Shown: piece after piece, positions 50,401 through 59,994 of the stretch
Layout: each line of letters opens with the position of its first letter
How positions within the stretch are numbered: the first letter of the stretch is position 1
Assembly (NCBI GenBank): GCA_965200875.1
Contig: OZ241456.1
Location: 448,001 to 512,000 of the forward strand
Direction of reading: 5' to 3'
Length of the DNA: 64,000 bases
Origin: Bdellovibrionales bacterium
GTDB taxonomy: Bacteria; Bdellovibrionota; Bdellovibrionia; Bdellovibrionales; UBA1609
The notes under the pieces: generated by a model
What the model saw: only the letters and a program-made list of their open reading frames with translations
Databases searched by the model: none
What the model was told of the DNA's origin: nothing
Program-made: the position numbers and the translations under genes

Positions 50401-51488
50401 AAAATAAAAAATATTTTGAAAAATGGTGGAGCAGATTATGGAATTTAAGCATTCAGGACACAACAGATTTTGAATCAGACGATTCCAACTTCTCAATGAA
50501 CGCACTTAATTCAAAAATGGGTAAATTATCAGAGTCAATTTTTCATGCTTTATGGAGCAAGTTTGATAAAACAATACCCAGAAATGACAAAATACCGGAA
50601 GAGATAAAAAATTATTTTAATACTATCATCAAAACTGGAGCAACAAAAAATCCTTCAGTTATGTTTCATTTTGGTTCTGATTTATATAAACTTTGGTTTT
50701 TGGACAGAGATTGGACAAAAGCAACCCTAAAACCTTTAATGGATTGGAAAAAAAATAAAAACATATCCAGAGCTTTATGGGAGGGGTATACATATCATAT
50801 GAACTTAAGCCCTGATTTTCTAGCTGACTTTAAAGCTGAATTTTATAAGCTTTTCTTAAAACGCAAAAGTCTTTATAAAACAGGATCAGACCATTATGAA
50901 AATCAAAATCGATGTCTTGCTGTCGCTGACCTGTTTTTGATTGCAACTGGTGGAAAGTGGTATACAAATATTTTTACAACAGAAGAAACAAAACAGCTTA
51001 AACAAATATTGGATACAGATCTATTGAAATCTCTGGCTATAAAAATCCGGGAGCTTTTAAAAAAATCAGGAGATAAATCCTCCAGCTTATGGACTAAAGA
51101 AATCAAACCTTGGATAGAAAAATTTTGGCCTTATCAAAACAACATGAAAACCCAGGAAATAGCTGAAGACTTATCTTTTGTGATATTATATTGTGGAGAT
51201 AAACTCTCGGATTCGTTTGAACTCTTAAAAGACAAAATCGAAAAAGTAATCACAAAAAATCATTATTCTATAATACATCATATAGCAAAATCTATTAAAA
51301 ATAATGAAAAGCAGCTGGATAATTATCAAGAGCTTTTGAACTTTTTAAAATGGAATCTTCCAGAACTTGATACCATATATAGCTTCCACAGTGAAAAATT
51401 AAAAACAATATTGGACAAAATAAAAAGCAAATACCCTGAAATAGAAAACAATGAAGCATATACTACTTTGCTTGAAAAAATACCTTGA
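47433..51488 (+). CDS. Defence-associated sirtuin, DSR1-like (SIR2 N-terminus, long helical C-terminus)
   Basis: GPDIP...VLFCGAGIS..GLP.F, TTNFD, FLHG, FGLAYL..WAARF, LFIGY. Confidence 0.82.
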   Translation: MQQYKQYIPDGPDIPEEIEHARRNNELVLFCGAGISAQNGLPLFKDLVEQVCQKLSIDIEKNPILKTAWDSKQYDSVLDLVEGNEPFSVSREILRKEVIKILKRREEDTETDTKISTGTEIGAKTGESTETGTNKSNKRNTRNNQVGNGAHKALLDLSALPDNKGYRLVTTNFDKLFFKADLDPALSDSAPKLAPPRKETWKNLTFLHGVIDEKHDPEGSNLILTRKDFGLAYLHDNWAARFVIQLFQDFTVLFIGYGVNDPVMNYLVSAISYENQRRKQNDNKTNSVPESSNKNNNENKIKPSIYAFAGYGKDGEKEVKKEQAESEWKSIGVEPIPYKIKNNNDHSILYDTIKKWAEWKKTGLAGRKNWLEEQLKSPYKESDKLEARNIISFLKTDKKLAEYLPRINFELKEIQENTPRENKPPENVKGKVITDTNLDPTQKNQHNPVDIRWLKPFRENGLLDKLTNKTATPVTPVLQMPLWENLSLTEYHITNWLLHHLDKKELIHWVIDRGCLLHPLFKYMIRKEMYYRERTKALYSPLDKRIWLFWEIITNNNYLTYQPVWEYDIDYDIIENLNNKKYCSIKAQKLLEALKPYIYFQRGVSGSFLKENPEFKDTTYDVELKINASHYPNVELTDKKTLLLHAEDFSNLLKQAMELAKTFEIIKNGEDSFYITRPSIDIQNNRYNPWTYLIDLVKESFDLAMQKDKPLAKFLLNKWRFYPYSVFYRLILYAITKHPELEENIALDLLESNPAHTLWSRTSQNEVFKYLRHRKHSVKAFEQLVALIMEGPPRSLFKENIDENIFIEWKERDTFHRLDCLKENKNLFPEEINTYYNKIQKKYSLKSSKNNQHDLSYFQTSAVFVSGQKRYHNLIPQQIFDDLKNPKSTHWPGEKEREFCSLAKDKPDKAFEVLLKFPAQDMESAIYWGAFLSGIAELSNMQKISDIQKSIQYFEKALEKIENQNDELIKKYLGSLIYAWDLKAGPIYIKNKKYFEKWWSRLWNLSIQDTTDFESDDSNFSMNALNSKMGKLSESIFHALWSKFDKTIPRNDKIPEEIKNYFNTIIKTGATKNPSVMFHFGSDLYKLWFLDRDWTKATLKPLMDWKKNKNISRALWEGYTYHMNLSPDFLADFKAEFYKLFLKRKSLYKTGSDHYENQNRCLAVADLFLIATGGKWYTNIFTTEETKQLKQILDTDLLKSLAIKIRELLKKSGDKSSSLWTKEIKPWIEKFWPYQNNMKTQEIAEDLSFVILYCGDKLSDSFELLKDKIEKVITKNHYSIIHHIAKSIKNNEKQLDNYQELLNFLKWNLPELDTIYSFHSEKLKTILDKIKSKYPEIENNEAYTTLLEKIP

Positions 51489-51534
51489 GATATGATGTTA
51501 ATATGCAAAAGTTTCCATTAATAAAATATTGTAA

Positions 51535-51675
51535 ATGCTTAGTCAGGTGTATTGGAAAGAAAATGTTGTATGGTCACCAAGTTACTTTATCAGTAGTGTT
51601 GGCGTGGATAAAGAAACAATTAAAAGGTATGTTGCATATCAAGTACAGAGCAGGATTCAGATCAACTTCGTATGA
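51535..51675 (+). mobile_element. IS200/IS605 TnpA (Y1) C-terminal remnant
   Basis: Hand translation: SQVYWKENVVWSPSYFISSVGVDKETIKRYVAYQ, with W+SYF and catalytic YxxxQ motifs. Confidence 0.75.
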
Positions 51676-51740
51676 AGCTGTAGCAGGATTATCTGAAGAA
51701 GAGATTAAAAATTTTAAAGAAGTAAACAGAATAAAAAAAA

Positions 51741-52772
51741 ATGGATAATATACACAATAAACAAAAAGAAGCTTTGATTTTATCTAAGGAGATATTAAAA
51801 AATTTTGAATTATCTGAAATTTCACTTTCTAATGTAGCTTTAAAAACAGCTAGATTAGCTCGTCTTCTTGGTGAATTTGATTATGAAAAAGCGTTTCAGT
51901 TTGAAGTATCTGGATATTCATTTCCTAATGGAATACCTCCAGATGTTTTTAAAATTGCCCGGTTAGCCAACAGAAATTCCACAGATAATCAAGGTAAGGA
52001 AAGCGCATATACCCGTTCTATTGATCAAATCCTTTTGGAAAAAGAAGCTTATATAGAAGCTCTTAGAGTATCAGCAGATCCAAATATTAATTTATCGTAT
52101 TCAAATACACAGACAGATTTTTTTGGTGAAGTAGCAGACAGAATGCAAAGGCAACAGGTTATAAGAGGAAATCAGGAAGAGAGAAAAAATATTTTGAGTA
52201 CATTGCGCACATTAGAACAGCAATTATCTGAGAGAAAAGTATTTATATATTGTTATATAATGAAAAAAAACATTGAATTAGAATTTGAAGGGAATTTATA
52301 TGATGTTTTTCTTTCTAATTTAAAATTGGTTAAAATTAGAATTGTGCAATTTGTTCCTGATGGAGTTAAAAAACTAAATTCTATAATAGAAAACCTGAAA
52401 TCTTCAAATGAGGAAGATTGGTCAAATGCTGTACACAGCTGTCGCAGGCTATTGAAATCTGTTGCAGATGTTGTTTTTCCTCCTCAAAATGATAATTTAA
52501 AAGTCAATGGAAAAAATGTAAAGCTTGGCGAAGAACAGTATATAAACAGACTTATTGCTTTTATAGAAAAAAACAAATCTTCATCCACATATTCTCAAGT
52601 TGTTGGTTCTTAATTATCATTTCTAGGGGATAGATTAGATGCTATAACAAGTGCTACACAAAAAGGATCACACCATATTTTAAAAGATAAATCAGAAGCA
52701 GAAAAGTATTGTACCTATACATTGTTAATGTTAAGTGATATATTATCTTTTTTGATTAAAAAAACCGATTGA
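51741..52772 (+). pseudogene. AbiTii-like N-terminal domain plus HEPN/nuclease-like C-terminus, interrupted by an in-frame TAA
   Basis: LSNVALKTARLARLL; NAVHSCRRLL; after TAA 52611-52613 the frame continues LSFLGDRLDAITSATQKGSH...LSDILS to TGA 52772. Confidence 0.65.
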
Positions 52773-52980
52773 TTTAGTCTGTAATGCTTGTAATCTCTCA
52801 TTGAATGTCACAGCAAAGAGAAATAACGATTTTCCAAAAAAAAATCTAACTTTAAAAGTATTCTTTAGTCGGGCAGGAAGAGGATTGCTAACACGTGGAA
52901 AATCTGAGAGCGGTATCAGGAAATTCCCTGTAAATTCAGTCGGTCTTATGCTTCAGACATTGGATAAGTTTGTGAATAGC

Positions 52981-53009
52981 TTGACAAACTTATCCAAAAA
53001 ACTTAAAAT
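52981..53009 (+). promoter_or_regulatory. Putative sigma70 promoter
   Basis: TTGACA-N17-TAAAAT upstream of the AAGGAG RBS of 53047. Confidence 0.55.
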
Positions 53010-53046
53010 CTTAATTAAACAGATATAAACAAAGGAGAAGTGGGTT

Positions 53047-53427
53047 ATGGAAATATCTTTTAGTGATTTAACTTCAGTTATTATAACTTCTGGTATTTTT
53101 TTATTGGGTCTTTTAACATTCCTTTTGACAGGTGTTAATTACATGTTGAACGCAAAGACAGACCGCTTGATGGAGAACAATAAGCAGATATTACAAAAAC
53201 ATTCTGACTCTATATCATCGGAAATGGATGCTATGAAAGTGGAGATAAAAAACAATAAGCAGATATTACAAAAACATTCTGACTCTATATCATCGGAAAT
53301 GGATGCTATGAAAGTGGAGATACAAAATAATAAAAAATATATGGAAAAAAGACTTGATCAATTATCTAAAACTGACGGAACAATACTTAAACTCATTGAG
53401 GAATTAATCGCATTAAAGACAAGCTAA
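53047..53427 (+). CDS. Small TM + coiled-coil protein with internal 75-nt duplication
   Basis: NNKQILQKHSDSISSEMDAMKVEI twice (53176-53247 and 53251-53322). Confidence 0.75.
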   Translation: MEISFSDLTSVIITSGIFLLGLLTFLLTGVNYMLNAKTDRLMENNKQILQKHSDSISSEMDAMKVEIKNNKQILQKHSDSISSEMDAMKVEIQNNKKYMEKRLDQLSKTDGTILKLIEELIALKTS

Positions 53428-53534
53428 GGTGCAAACCATAATAAACCCGGCTGGGCTTGGCAACAACTGCTGTCTAAGAATTTTCAGAAAAGTTTAGTGT
53501 TCTGTAAGGACACAATCGCAAACAAAGAATCTGG

Positions 53535-53624
53535 TTTGAGTACATTGTGTATATGGCTATTATCTCTTTTGCCTGTAAGACTTGTAATAACCATTTTGAG
53601 TACATTGCGTATATGGCTATTATC
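53535..53624. repeat. Two 30-bp direct repeats separated by 30 bp
   Basis: TTTGAGTACATTGYGTATATGGCTATTATC at 53535-53564 and 53595-53624. Confidence 0.85.
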
Positions 53625-53761
53625 CAAGGAAATGTAATTTTTTCACAATTTATTTTTAAAAACAGCTTTTATTTATTTTTTCTTTTGAATGTCTCATAAA
53701 ATACTTGATTATCAATCCACAACATTTATTATCAATCCACAACAGCGAGAAGGAGAATTTT

Positions 53762-54493
53762 ATGAATATGAAGACAATACTTCTTTTATTATTTTTAATT
53801 TTAAGTTCTTTTGGTCATAGCAAAGCCAATGCAAGTTCTGAGTGTAATATCAATAATTATGAAGACTATATAAAGTGGTGGGATATATGGGACAATCTTA
53901 ATAATTGCGATTTGCGCAATGCGGATTTGCGCAATGTGAATTGGCGCTTGTTGCGAATGAGAGAGGCAGATTTAAGTGGTGCAGATTTGAGCTTTGGGAC
54001 TTTGAGGATGGTAAAAATGAGAGGAACAAATTTGAGTGGGGCGAATTTGTATCATGCACATTTGAGAGGTGTAAACTTAAGCTTCGCAATTTTAAGAAGA
54101 ACTAATTTTACCGGAGCACATTTGGATAATGTTAATCTGAATGAAGCAATATCGGCCTTTATGAATTTTACAGAAGCAGATTTAGAACATCTGAATGGAC
54201 GCGATGCGATTTTACACGATGCGAATTTTACCAGTGCAAATTTGCAAAAAGTGGATTTTCGCGGTGCGGATTTGAAAGGGGTGAATTTTACCAGCGCAGA
54301 TTTGCAGAAAGTGGATTTTAGAAATGCGGATTTGCGCTATGCAAATTTTACCAGCGCAGATTTGCGCGAGGCGAATTTTACTAGGAGTAATTTGTATAGA
54401 GCAAATTTGACTGAAGCAATAGTCACTCAAGAACAGGCAGAGTATTTAAATTCAAAAAACTTAAGTGGTTTTGTTGTTGCAGAGTTACATTAA
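53762..54493 (+). CDS. Secreted pentapeptide-repeat protein
   Basis: AGGAG RBS; signal peptide; A(D/N)L/F.. pentapeptides. Confidence 0.92.
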   Translation: MNMKTILLLLFLILSSFGHSKANASSECNINNYEDYIKWWDIWDNLNNCDLRNADLRNVNWRLLRMREADLSGADLSFGTLRMVKMRGTNLSGANLYHAHLRGVNLSFAILRRTNFTGAHLDNVNLNEAISAFMNFTEADLEHLNGRDAILHDANFTSANLQKVDFRGADLKGVNFTSADLQKVDFRNADLRYANFTSADLREANFTRSNLYRANLTEAIVTQEQAEYLNSKNLSGFVVAELH

Positions 54494-54509
54494 TTGCTCG
54501 CCGGGTAGC

Positions 54510-54609
54510 AATAAAGTATCGATGAACGGGGCAGTCAGTCAAAACTCATTTCCTAAAGTTTCATGGCCATAAATAAAGTATCGATGAACGGGGCAGTCAG
54601 TCAAAACTC
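54510..54609. repeat. Two identical 38-bp direct repeats
   Basis: AATAAAGTATCGATGAACGGGGCAGTCAGTCAAAACTC at 54510-54547 and 54572-54609. Confidence 0.85.
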
Positions 54610-54795
54610 CTAAAGTGCTTAAAACCCGCGAAACAGGCTTTTAAACAAGTCCACGATCAGCTTATCTCTATGGGTCTTTTTGATAAAAATTGTGGAAATT
54701 ATGTGAATGGGACTTGTTTTTAAAGGTATTACCTGCTATTTGTCATAGATTAAAGAAAAAAACTCATAATGAAATAAAAGGTGGTGAGTTATCTA

Positions 54796-54993
54796 ATGCC
54801 TCGTATAAAAATTCGTGAAGGAGAACATTTTGAGCAGGCACTCCGGCGATTTAAAAAATCCTGCGAAAAGTTTGGGATTCTTTCTGAAATCAAAAAGCGG
54901 GAATTTTATGAAAAGCCCAGTGTATGCAAAAAGAAAAAAGCCTTAAACGCACGAAGAAGATCTTTAAAAAAAACCAGAAAGTTTGGAGCTTGA
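54796..54993 (+). CDS. rpsU: 30S ribosomal protein S21
   Basis: [30 protein letters not shown]. Confidence 0.96.
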   Translation: MPRIKIREGEHFEQALRRFKKSCEKFGILSEIKKREFYEKPSVCKKKKALNARRRSLKKTRKFGA

Positions 54994-54994
54994 T

Positions 54995-55462
54995 ATGGAA
55001 AAAAAACCTCTTTCTTTGAAAGATCGCATTCTACTGGACATGAAATCCGCTAGAAAAGAAAAAAATACTGTTTTGCTTCAGACTTTAAAACTGGTATATG
55101 CAGAATGCAGGAACCGGGAAATCGAACAGAAGACTTCTCATTTGGAGGATTCTCAGATGATAGCACTTTTAAAAAAACAGGTGAAACAGTATGAGGAAAG
55201 CGTTGAACAGTTTGAAAGAGCGAAGCGCGTGGAGAGTGCTAGGGAACAAAAAGAAAGGTTGCGTTTAATTCAGTCTTATTTGCCAAAAGCACTTTCGAAA
55301 GAGGAATTGAAAACCCTTGTTGAGGAAACCATTTTGCATTTGAAAGCCACTTCAACAAAAGATATGGGTTTGGTCATAAAAACCGCGCAATCCCGCGCGG
55401 AGGGTTTTACCGATAATCGTCTTTTGGCGGAGTTGGTAAAAGAAAGATTGCAGGCTTTATGA
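54995..55462 (+). CDS. GatB/YqeY domain protein
   Basis: DMKSARK...KKQVKQYEES...YLP..LS...KDMG; lies between rpsU and dnaG. Confidence 0.9.
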   Translation: MEKKPLSLKDRILLDMKSARKEKNTVLLQTLKLVYAECRNREIEQKTSHLEDSQMIALLKKQVKQYEESVEQFERAKRVESAREQKERLRLIQSYLPKALSKEELKTLVEETILHLKATSTKDMGLVIKTAQSRAEGFTDNRLLAELVKERLQAL

Positions 55463-57303
55463 GGAGAGTTTCTCCAAGGAGAGTTTCTCCAGATTTTATA
55501 GAACAAGTTTGTTTAGCCAATGATATTGTGGATATTATTGGAGAGGACACATTTTTAAAGCCCTCTGGTGCTCGTTACATGGGTCTTTGTCCGTTTCCCT
55601 CCCATAACGAGAAAACCCCCAGTTTTTCGGTTTCCCAGGATCGCCAACTTTACCATTGCTTTGGCTGTGGGCAGTCGGGAAATATTATTACCTATATTCG
55701 GGAAAAACGAGGTTTGTCTTTTATAGAGGCTGTTAAATTTTTGGTTCAAAGAGCGGGTTTGTCCATGCCATCCGCATGGCATAAAGAAAGCCATTCATAC
55801 ATAGAGCGCAGGAAATTATTGGAAATTAACTTGTCAGCTTGCAAATTTTACGAAAAAAAATTAAAAGACTTAAAAACCTCTCATCCGGTTAAGCAGTATT
55901 TAAAGCAAAGAGATTTTTCAGATGAAATCGTGAAAAAATTCCGATTGGGTTATGCTCCCTCTGGCTGGGAGGAGCTTTGTTTCCACTTGAAGAAAAAAGG
56001 TTTTGATATAGGTTTATCCACGAAGTTGGGATTGATTAAGAGAAAAACAAATTATTATGATTTTTTTCGCGAACGGCTTATGTTTCCAGTATTTGCAAAA
56101 AATGGTCAGGATATTTTAGGGTTTGGGGGAAGAGCTTTGGAGGAAAACCCTGCCAAGTATATCAACAGTCAGGATTCAGATATTTTTCACAAAGGACAAA
56201 TTTTTTACGGCTGGGAGAATGCAGTAAGTGCTATTCGACAGAGTGGAAAAGCTTTGGTGGTGGAAGGTTACACGGACTACTTGAGTTTGTATCAAAGAGG
56301 GGTGGAGAATGTAGTGGCGACTTTGGGGACGGCTTTAACAAAAGAACATGCTCATTGGCTTTCCCGATACACAGAACAGGTGATTTTATGTTTTGATGGA
56401 GATAAAGCCGGAGAAAAAGCGACTCAAAGAAGTTTAAGTATTTTGCTCTCTTCTGGCCTCACGCCTAAAATTCTAAAATTTGAAGAAGGCAGGGATCCTG
56501 ATTCTTTTATTCGTGAAAATGGCAAGAAGGTTTTTTGTGAAAAAGTGGACTCTGCTCAAGATCTTTTTTTGTACTTGTTTTTTGCAGAGTTAAAGAAATA
56601 TCCGCCGGGTGTGGATCGTTTTGCTTTGATTCAAAAAATTGCGGATGTGTTGGCACAGACAAAAAAAGGGGTACTGAGGGAATATTATATTACCCGGTTT
56701 TTGGATAGCTTTGGGTTTGACTCAACTTTGGCTAAAAAGGCTTTGAATCAGGCTTTAAATCGAAAAAGATCATCTCGGTTTCAAAAAAATGTTTCTTTTT
56801 TGGACAAAAGCAGAGAGGGGCATTCATTTTCTGAGGGGTCTTTCGAAGCTGAATCCACTATTTCCCTAGAGTCAGTTTATAAGCCAGAATTATATCTTTT
56901 AATATTGGCTCTGGAAAATCCGAATTACTATAAGGAAATTCGAAACTCAGGAGTGATTGAAAAAATAAGTCATGAAGGAGTGAAGCGTTTGTTTGATATA
57001 GTAAAGGAATATGATATGCAGGAGATAAAGTGTTTTTCCATTTTGACTGAAATTTTATCTGCTGATTTGGACAATCCAAAAGATTTGCAAAAAGACCATT
57101 ACCCTTCGTTAAAATACTTATCTCCGGAAAAAGCAAAAACTTTTATACAGGATTGTATCAGTAAGGTCGAAGAGAGAAAGAAATATTTAAATTTGAAAAA
57201 TGTTACAGCTAGTATGAGATTGGATCAAGAAAACCCGAAAAAATATTTAGAAAAAGTAGCAGAATGGACAGAAAAATCAAAAAAAGCGGAGAAGGAAATA
57301 TGA
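55459..57303 (+). CDS. dnaG: DNA primase
   Basis: CPF..H.EKTPSF...CFGC zinc finger; KYINS; VEGYTD; FDGD.AG; DPD. Confidence 0.97.
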   Translation: MRRVSPRRVSPDFIEQVCLANDIVDIIGEDTFLKPSGARYMGLCPFPSHNEKTPSFSVSQDRQLYHCFGCGQSGNIITYIREKRGLSFIEAVKFLVQRAGLSMPSAWHKESHSYIERRKLLEINLSACKFYEKKLKDLKTSHPVKQYLKQRDFSDEIVKKFRLGYAPSGWEELCFHLKKKGFDIGLSTKLGLIKRKTNYYDFFRERLMFPVFAKNGQDILGFGGRALEENPAKYINSQDSDIFHKGQIFYGWENAVSAIRQSGKALVVEGYTDYLSLYQRGVENVVATLGTALTKEHAHWLSRYTEQVILCFDGDKAGEKATQRSLSILLSSGLTPKILKFEEGRDPDSFIRENGKKVFCEKVDSAQDLFLYLFFAELKKYPPGVDRFALIQKIADVLAQTKKGVLREYYITRFLDSFGFDSTLAKKALNQALNRKRSSRFQKNVSFLDKSREGHSFSEGSFEAESTISLESVYKPELYLLILALENPNYYKEIRNSGVIEKISHEGVKRLFDIVKEYDMQEIKCFSILTEILSADLDNPKDLQKDHYPSLKYLSPEKAKTFIQDCISKVEERKKYLNLKNVTASMRLDQENPKKYLEKVAEWTEKSKKAEKEI

Positions 57304-59150
57304 AAAACAAAACAGACGAAAAAAATACCTCAAGTGATCAACTAAGTTCTCTTCCTGTAAATCAGATGGATTTGATGCAGAAAGGTTTGAAGGAGCTTAT
57401 TGTTCTGGCGGAAAAAAATGAAAATGTTTTGCATATAGATGAGTTGAATGAACATTTGCCAGCGGAATTGACAGATGCGGATGTGTTGGATCAACTTATG
57501 CTCACATTGGAGCAAAAAGCCATAGAGATAAAATATCCGACCTTTGTAAATAACGGAAAAATGTCGGAGGACATATTATTTGCGGAAGAAGGTAAAGAAG
57601 AAGACGGGGAGGAATTAAAAGGCTACAGGAACAATGATCCTGTTCGTTTGTATTTAAGGAAAATGGGAGGGGTGTCCCTGTTGGACAGAAAAGGCGAAGT
57701 GGATATTGCTAGGCGGATTGAAAGAGGGGAAAGAGAAATCATCCGCGCCATTTTAATGTGTCCTATGGGAACCAGTGAAGTGATTCGTCTGGGAGATCAT
57801 CTAAAGAATGGACGGCTGAAGGTAAAAGCTATCTTTAGAGGGTTAGAGGATGAAGAGCGTCGGTACAATGAAAAAGAGTATTTGGATAAAATTTTTGAGC
57901 TTATCGGAAGCGTGAAAAAGTATCAAAACAAAGCCAGTCAATATTTTTCAAAAATAAAAGAACAATCCGAGGATATGCAAAAAGAGGATGTGAAAAAAGA
58001 GGAACAGTTTCTAATGAAACTGAATAGTGAATTAATGAAAGAGTTTAAAAATGTTAATTTCAACCGGAAAATTATCAGTCATATTGCCATGAAATTTCAT
58101 AATCTTCTCAATAGAATGGAAGAGCTTCAAAAAAGAGTAAAATCCTCTGTGGAAAAAACTTTTTCAAAAGATTTTGAGCAAATGAAGGAAACCTATTTTC
58201 TTATGTATAAAAGCGATAAAGAGATGTTTCGGGTTCAGCGGGAAACGGGTTTGAATTTTAAAAAATTTCGGGCATTTTATCTTTCCGCGGATGATGCGAA
58301 AAATCGGCTGAATCGTTTGCAAAAAGAAACATGGATGGGTTATCAGTGGATGAAAGCGACTTGCACCGCTATTTGGCGAGGGGAGCAAGAGGCAGACAAA
58401 GCTAAATCAAAACTGGTGAAAGCTAATTTGCGATTGGTGGTCTCTATTGCAAAAAAATACACCAATAGAGGTTTACAGTTTTTGGATCTCATTCAGGAAG
58501 GTAATATGGGTTTGATGAAAGCAGTGGACAAGTTTGAATATCGCCGAGGATATAAGTTTTCCACTTACGCCACTTGGTGGATCCGCCAAGCTATTACAAG
58601 AGCTATTGCGGATCAGGCGCGTACGATTCGGATTCCTGTCCACATGATAGAAACTATTAATAAATTGATTCGAACCTCCCGATACCTTATCCAGGAGCTG
58701 GGCCGGGAACCAACTCCAAAGGAAATTGCAAACAAAATGGAACTGCCTGTGGATAAAGTAAGAAAAGTTTTGCGTATTGCGAAAGAACCTATCAGTTTGG
58801 ACACTCCTTTAGGCGAGGAGGAGGATTCTCACTTGGGAGATTTTATAGAAGACAAAGGGGTTATCAATCCCTCTTCCGCTATTGTAAACTTGAATTTGAT
58901 GGAGCAGACTCGAAGAGTGTTATCCACTCTGACTCCTAGGGAGGAGAGAGTCCTCAGAATGCGATTTGGAATTGGAGAGGAAAGTGACCACACTTTGGAG
59001 GAAGTGGGACAGGACTTTAATGTGACAAGGGAGCGAATTCGCCAGATTGAAGCGAAAGCTTTGCGCAAGTTAAGACATCCCAGTCGCTCAGACAGACTGA
59101 AAACTTTTGTGGATGTAGATAATGAAATGGATACAGATATGGAAGAGTAA
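57300..59150 (+). CDS. rpoD: RNA polymerase primary sigma factor
   Basis: [51 protein letters not shown] overlap with dnaG. Confidence 0.97.
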   Translation: MKNKTDEKNTSSDQLSSLPVNQMDLMQKGLKELIVLAEKNENVLHIDELNEHLPAELTDADVLDQLMLTLEQKAIEIKYPTFVNNGKMSEDILFAEEGKEEDGEELKGYRNNDPVRLYLRKMGGVSLLDRKGEVDIARRIERGEREIIRAILMCPMGTSEVIRLGDHLKNGRLKVKAIFRGLEDEERRYNEKEYLDKIFELIGSVKKYQNKASQYFSKIKEQSEDMQKEDVKKEEQFLMKLNSELMKEFKNVNFNRKIISHIAMKFHNLLNRMEELQKRVKSSVEKTFSKDFEQMKETYFLMYKSDKEMFRVQRETGLNFKKFRAFYLSADDAKNRLNRLQKETWMGYQWMKATCTAIWRGEQEADKAKSKLVKANLRLVVSIAKKYTNRGLQFLDLIQEGNMGLMKAVDKFEYRRGYKFSTYATWWIRQAITRAIADQARTIRIPVHMIETINKLIRTSRYLIQELGREPTPKEIANKMELPVDKVRKVLRIAKEPISLDTPLGEEEDSHLGDFIEDKGVINPSSAIVNLNLMEQTRRVLSTLTPREERVLRMRFGIGEESDHTLEEVGQDFNVTRERIRQIEAKALRKLRHPSRSDRLKTFVDVDNEMDTDMEE

Positions 59151-59634
59151 AAAGGATTTTTTATGGATTGCGCTTTGTTTTCCTTTGTTGGGTTGTGGAT
59201 CCATGCTTTGCTCAAAAGGAGACACCAATCAAGGTGTGTTTTTTGATTTCGATCCGGTACTTCAGAGTGTGGATATAGGGGCTTATCCCACTTTTCACTC
59301 AAAGGATAGCTGGGTTAAAAAGTTGATTGTCAAACCGGAAGGTTTTTTGCTTGTTTCCTCTCAAAAAACAGTCCATTGTGATAACCATGAGGAGATGAAA
59401 AAAAATATCCACTTGGTTTGTAAAGGACATAAACTCGTGGAGGTGTATACTATTTTTCGATATATCGATAAAACAGGTTATCAGGAGTGGTCTTATGCGT
59501 CTCTACAGGAATGGGAAAATATAACAGACCTTTATCACAAATTTTCGAAGAAACCACAGTATCATTACCAGAAATGCCGGTATAAGTTTTTTGGATTTTT
59601 ATATCAGTTATGGCAAATTATTAAAAAAGTTTAA
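59122..59634 (+). CDS. Hypothetical lipoprotein
   Basis: 170-aa ORF with LLGC lipobox-like motif. Confidence 0.55.
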   Translation: MKWIQIWKSKKDFLWIALCFPLLGCGSMLCSKGDTNQGVFFDFDPVLQSVDIGAYPTFHSKDSWVKKLIVKPEGFLLVSSQKTVHCDNHEEMKKNIHLVCKGHKLVEVYTIFRYIDKTGYQEWSYASLQEWENITDLYHKFSKKPQYHYQKCRYKFFGFLYQLWQIIKKV

Positions 59635-59637
59635 CAG

Positions 59638-59714
59638 GGGGGCTTAGCTTAGTTGGTTAAAGCATCCGGCTCATAACCGGAGGATCGAAGGTTCGAGTCC
59701 TTCAGCCCCTACCA
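59638..59714 (+). tRNA. tRNA with CAT anticodon (probably Ile2-lysidine, otherwise elongator Met)
   Basis: GGGGGCT/AGCCCCT-A-CCA; TCCGG-CTCATAA-CCGGA; lacks initiator features; downstream of rpoD. Confidence 0.92.
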
Positions 59715-59783
59715 TTTAGCTTGTAAAAAGCTTCAGAACCGGGGAGTTATAATGTGGTTTTATAAGGTTGTTTTCCAAGAGGG

Positions 59784-59893
59784 GTAAATAAAATAAATAT
59801 GTTACCAGTGTGTTGCAACCCTTGGGCCTGTCGATATGTGGTTTTATCAACAGTGTAAATAAAATAAATATGTTACCAGTATGTTGCAACCCT
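59784..59893. repeat. Two 39-bp direct repeats with a 32-bp spacer
   Basis: GTAAATAAAATAAATATGTTACCAGTRTGTTGCAACCCT at 59784-59822 and 59855-59893. Confidence 0.85.
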
Positions 59894-59994
59894 AAGGGTA
59901 AAATTGTTAAATTACGGGGATAAACAAAATAGCTATATTATTTGGGAGTCTGGCACGATAGGCGATAAAGCTACAAAAAAACAGGAACGATATT

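Noticed and set aside
51485..51748. 87-aa ORF
   Set aside because: The recognisable signal (TnpA remnant) is in another frame.
52801..53028. 75-aa ORF
   Set aside because: TTG start, no RBS or motif, and it overlaps the promoter of the next gene.
54510..54609. CRISPR array
   Set aside because: Two copies only, the spacer shares CTAAAGT with the downstream flank, and there are no cas genes.
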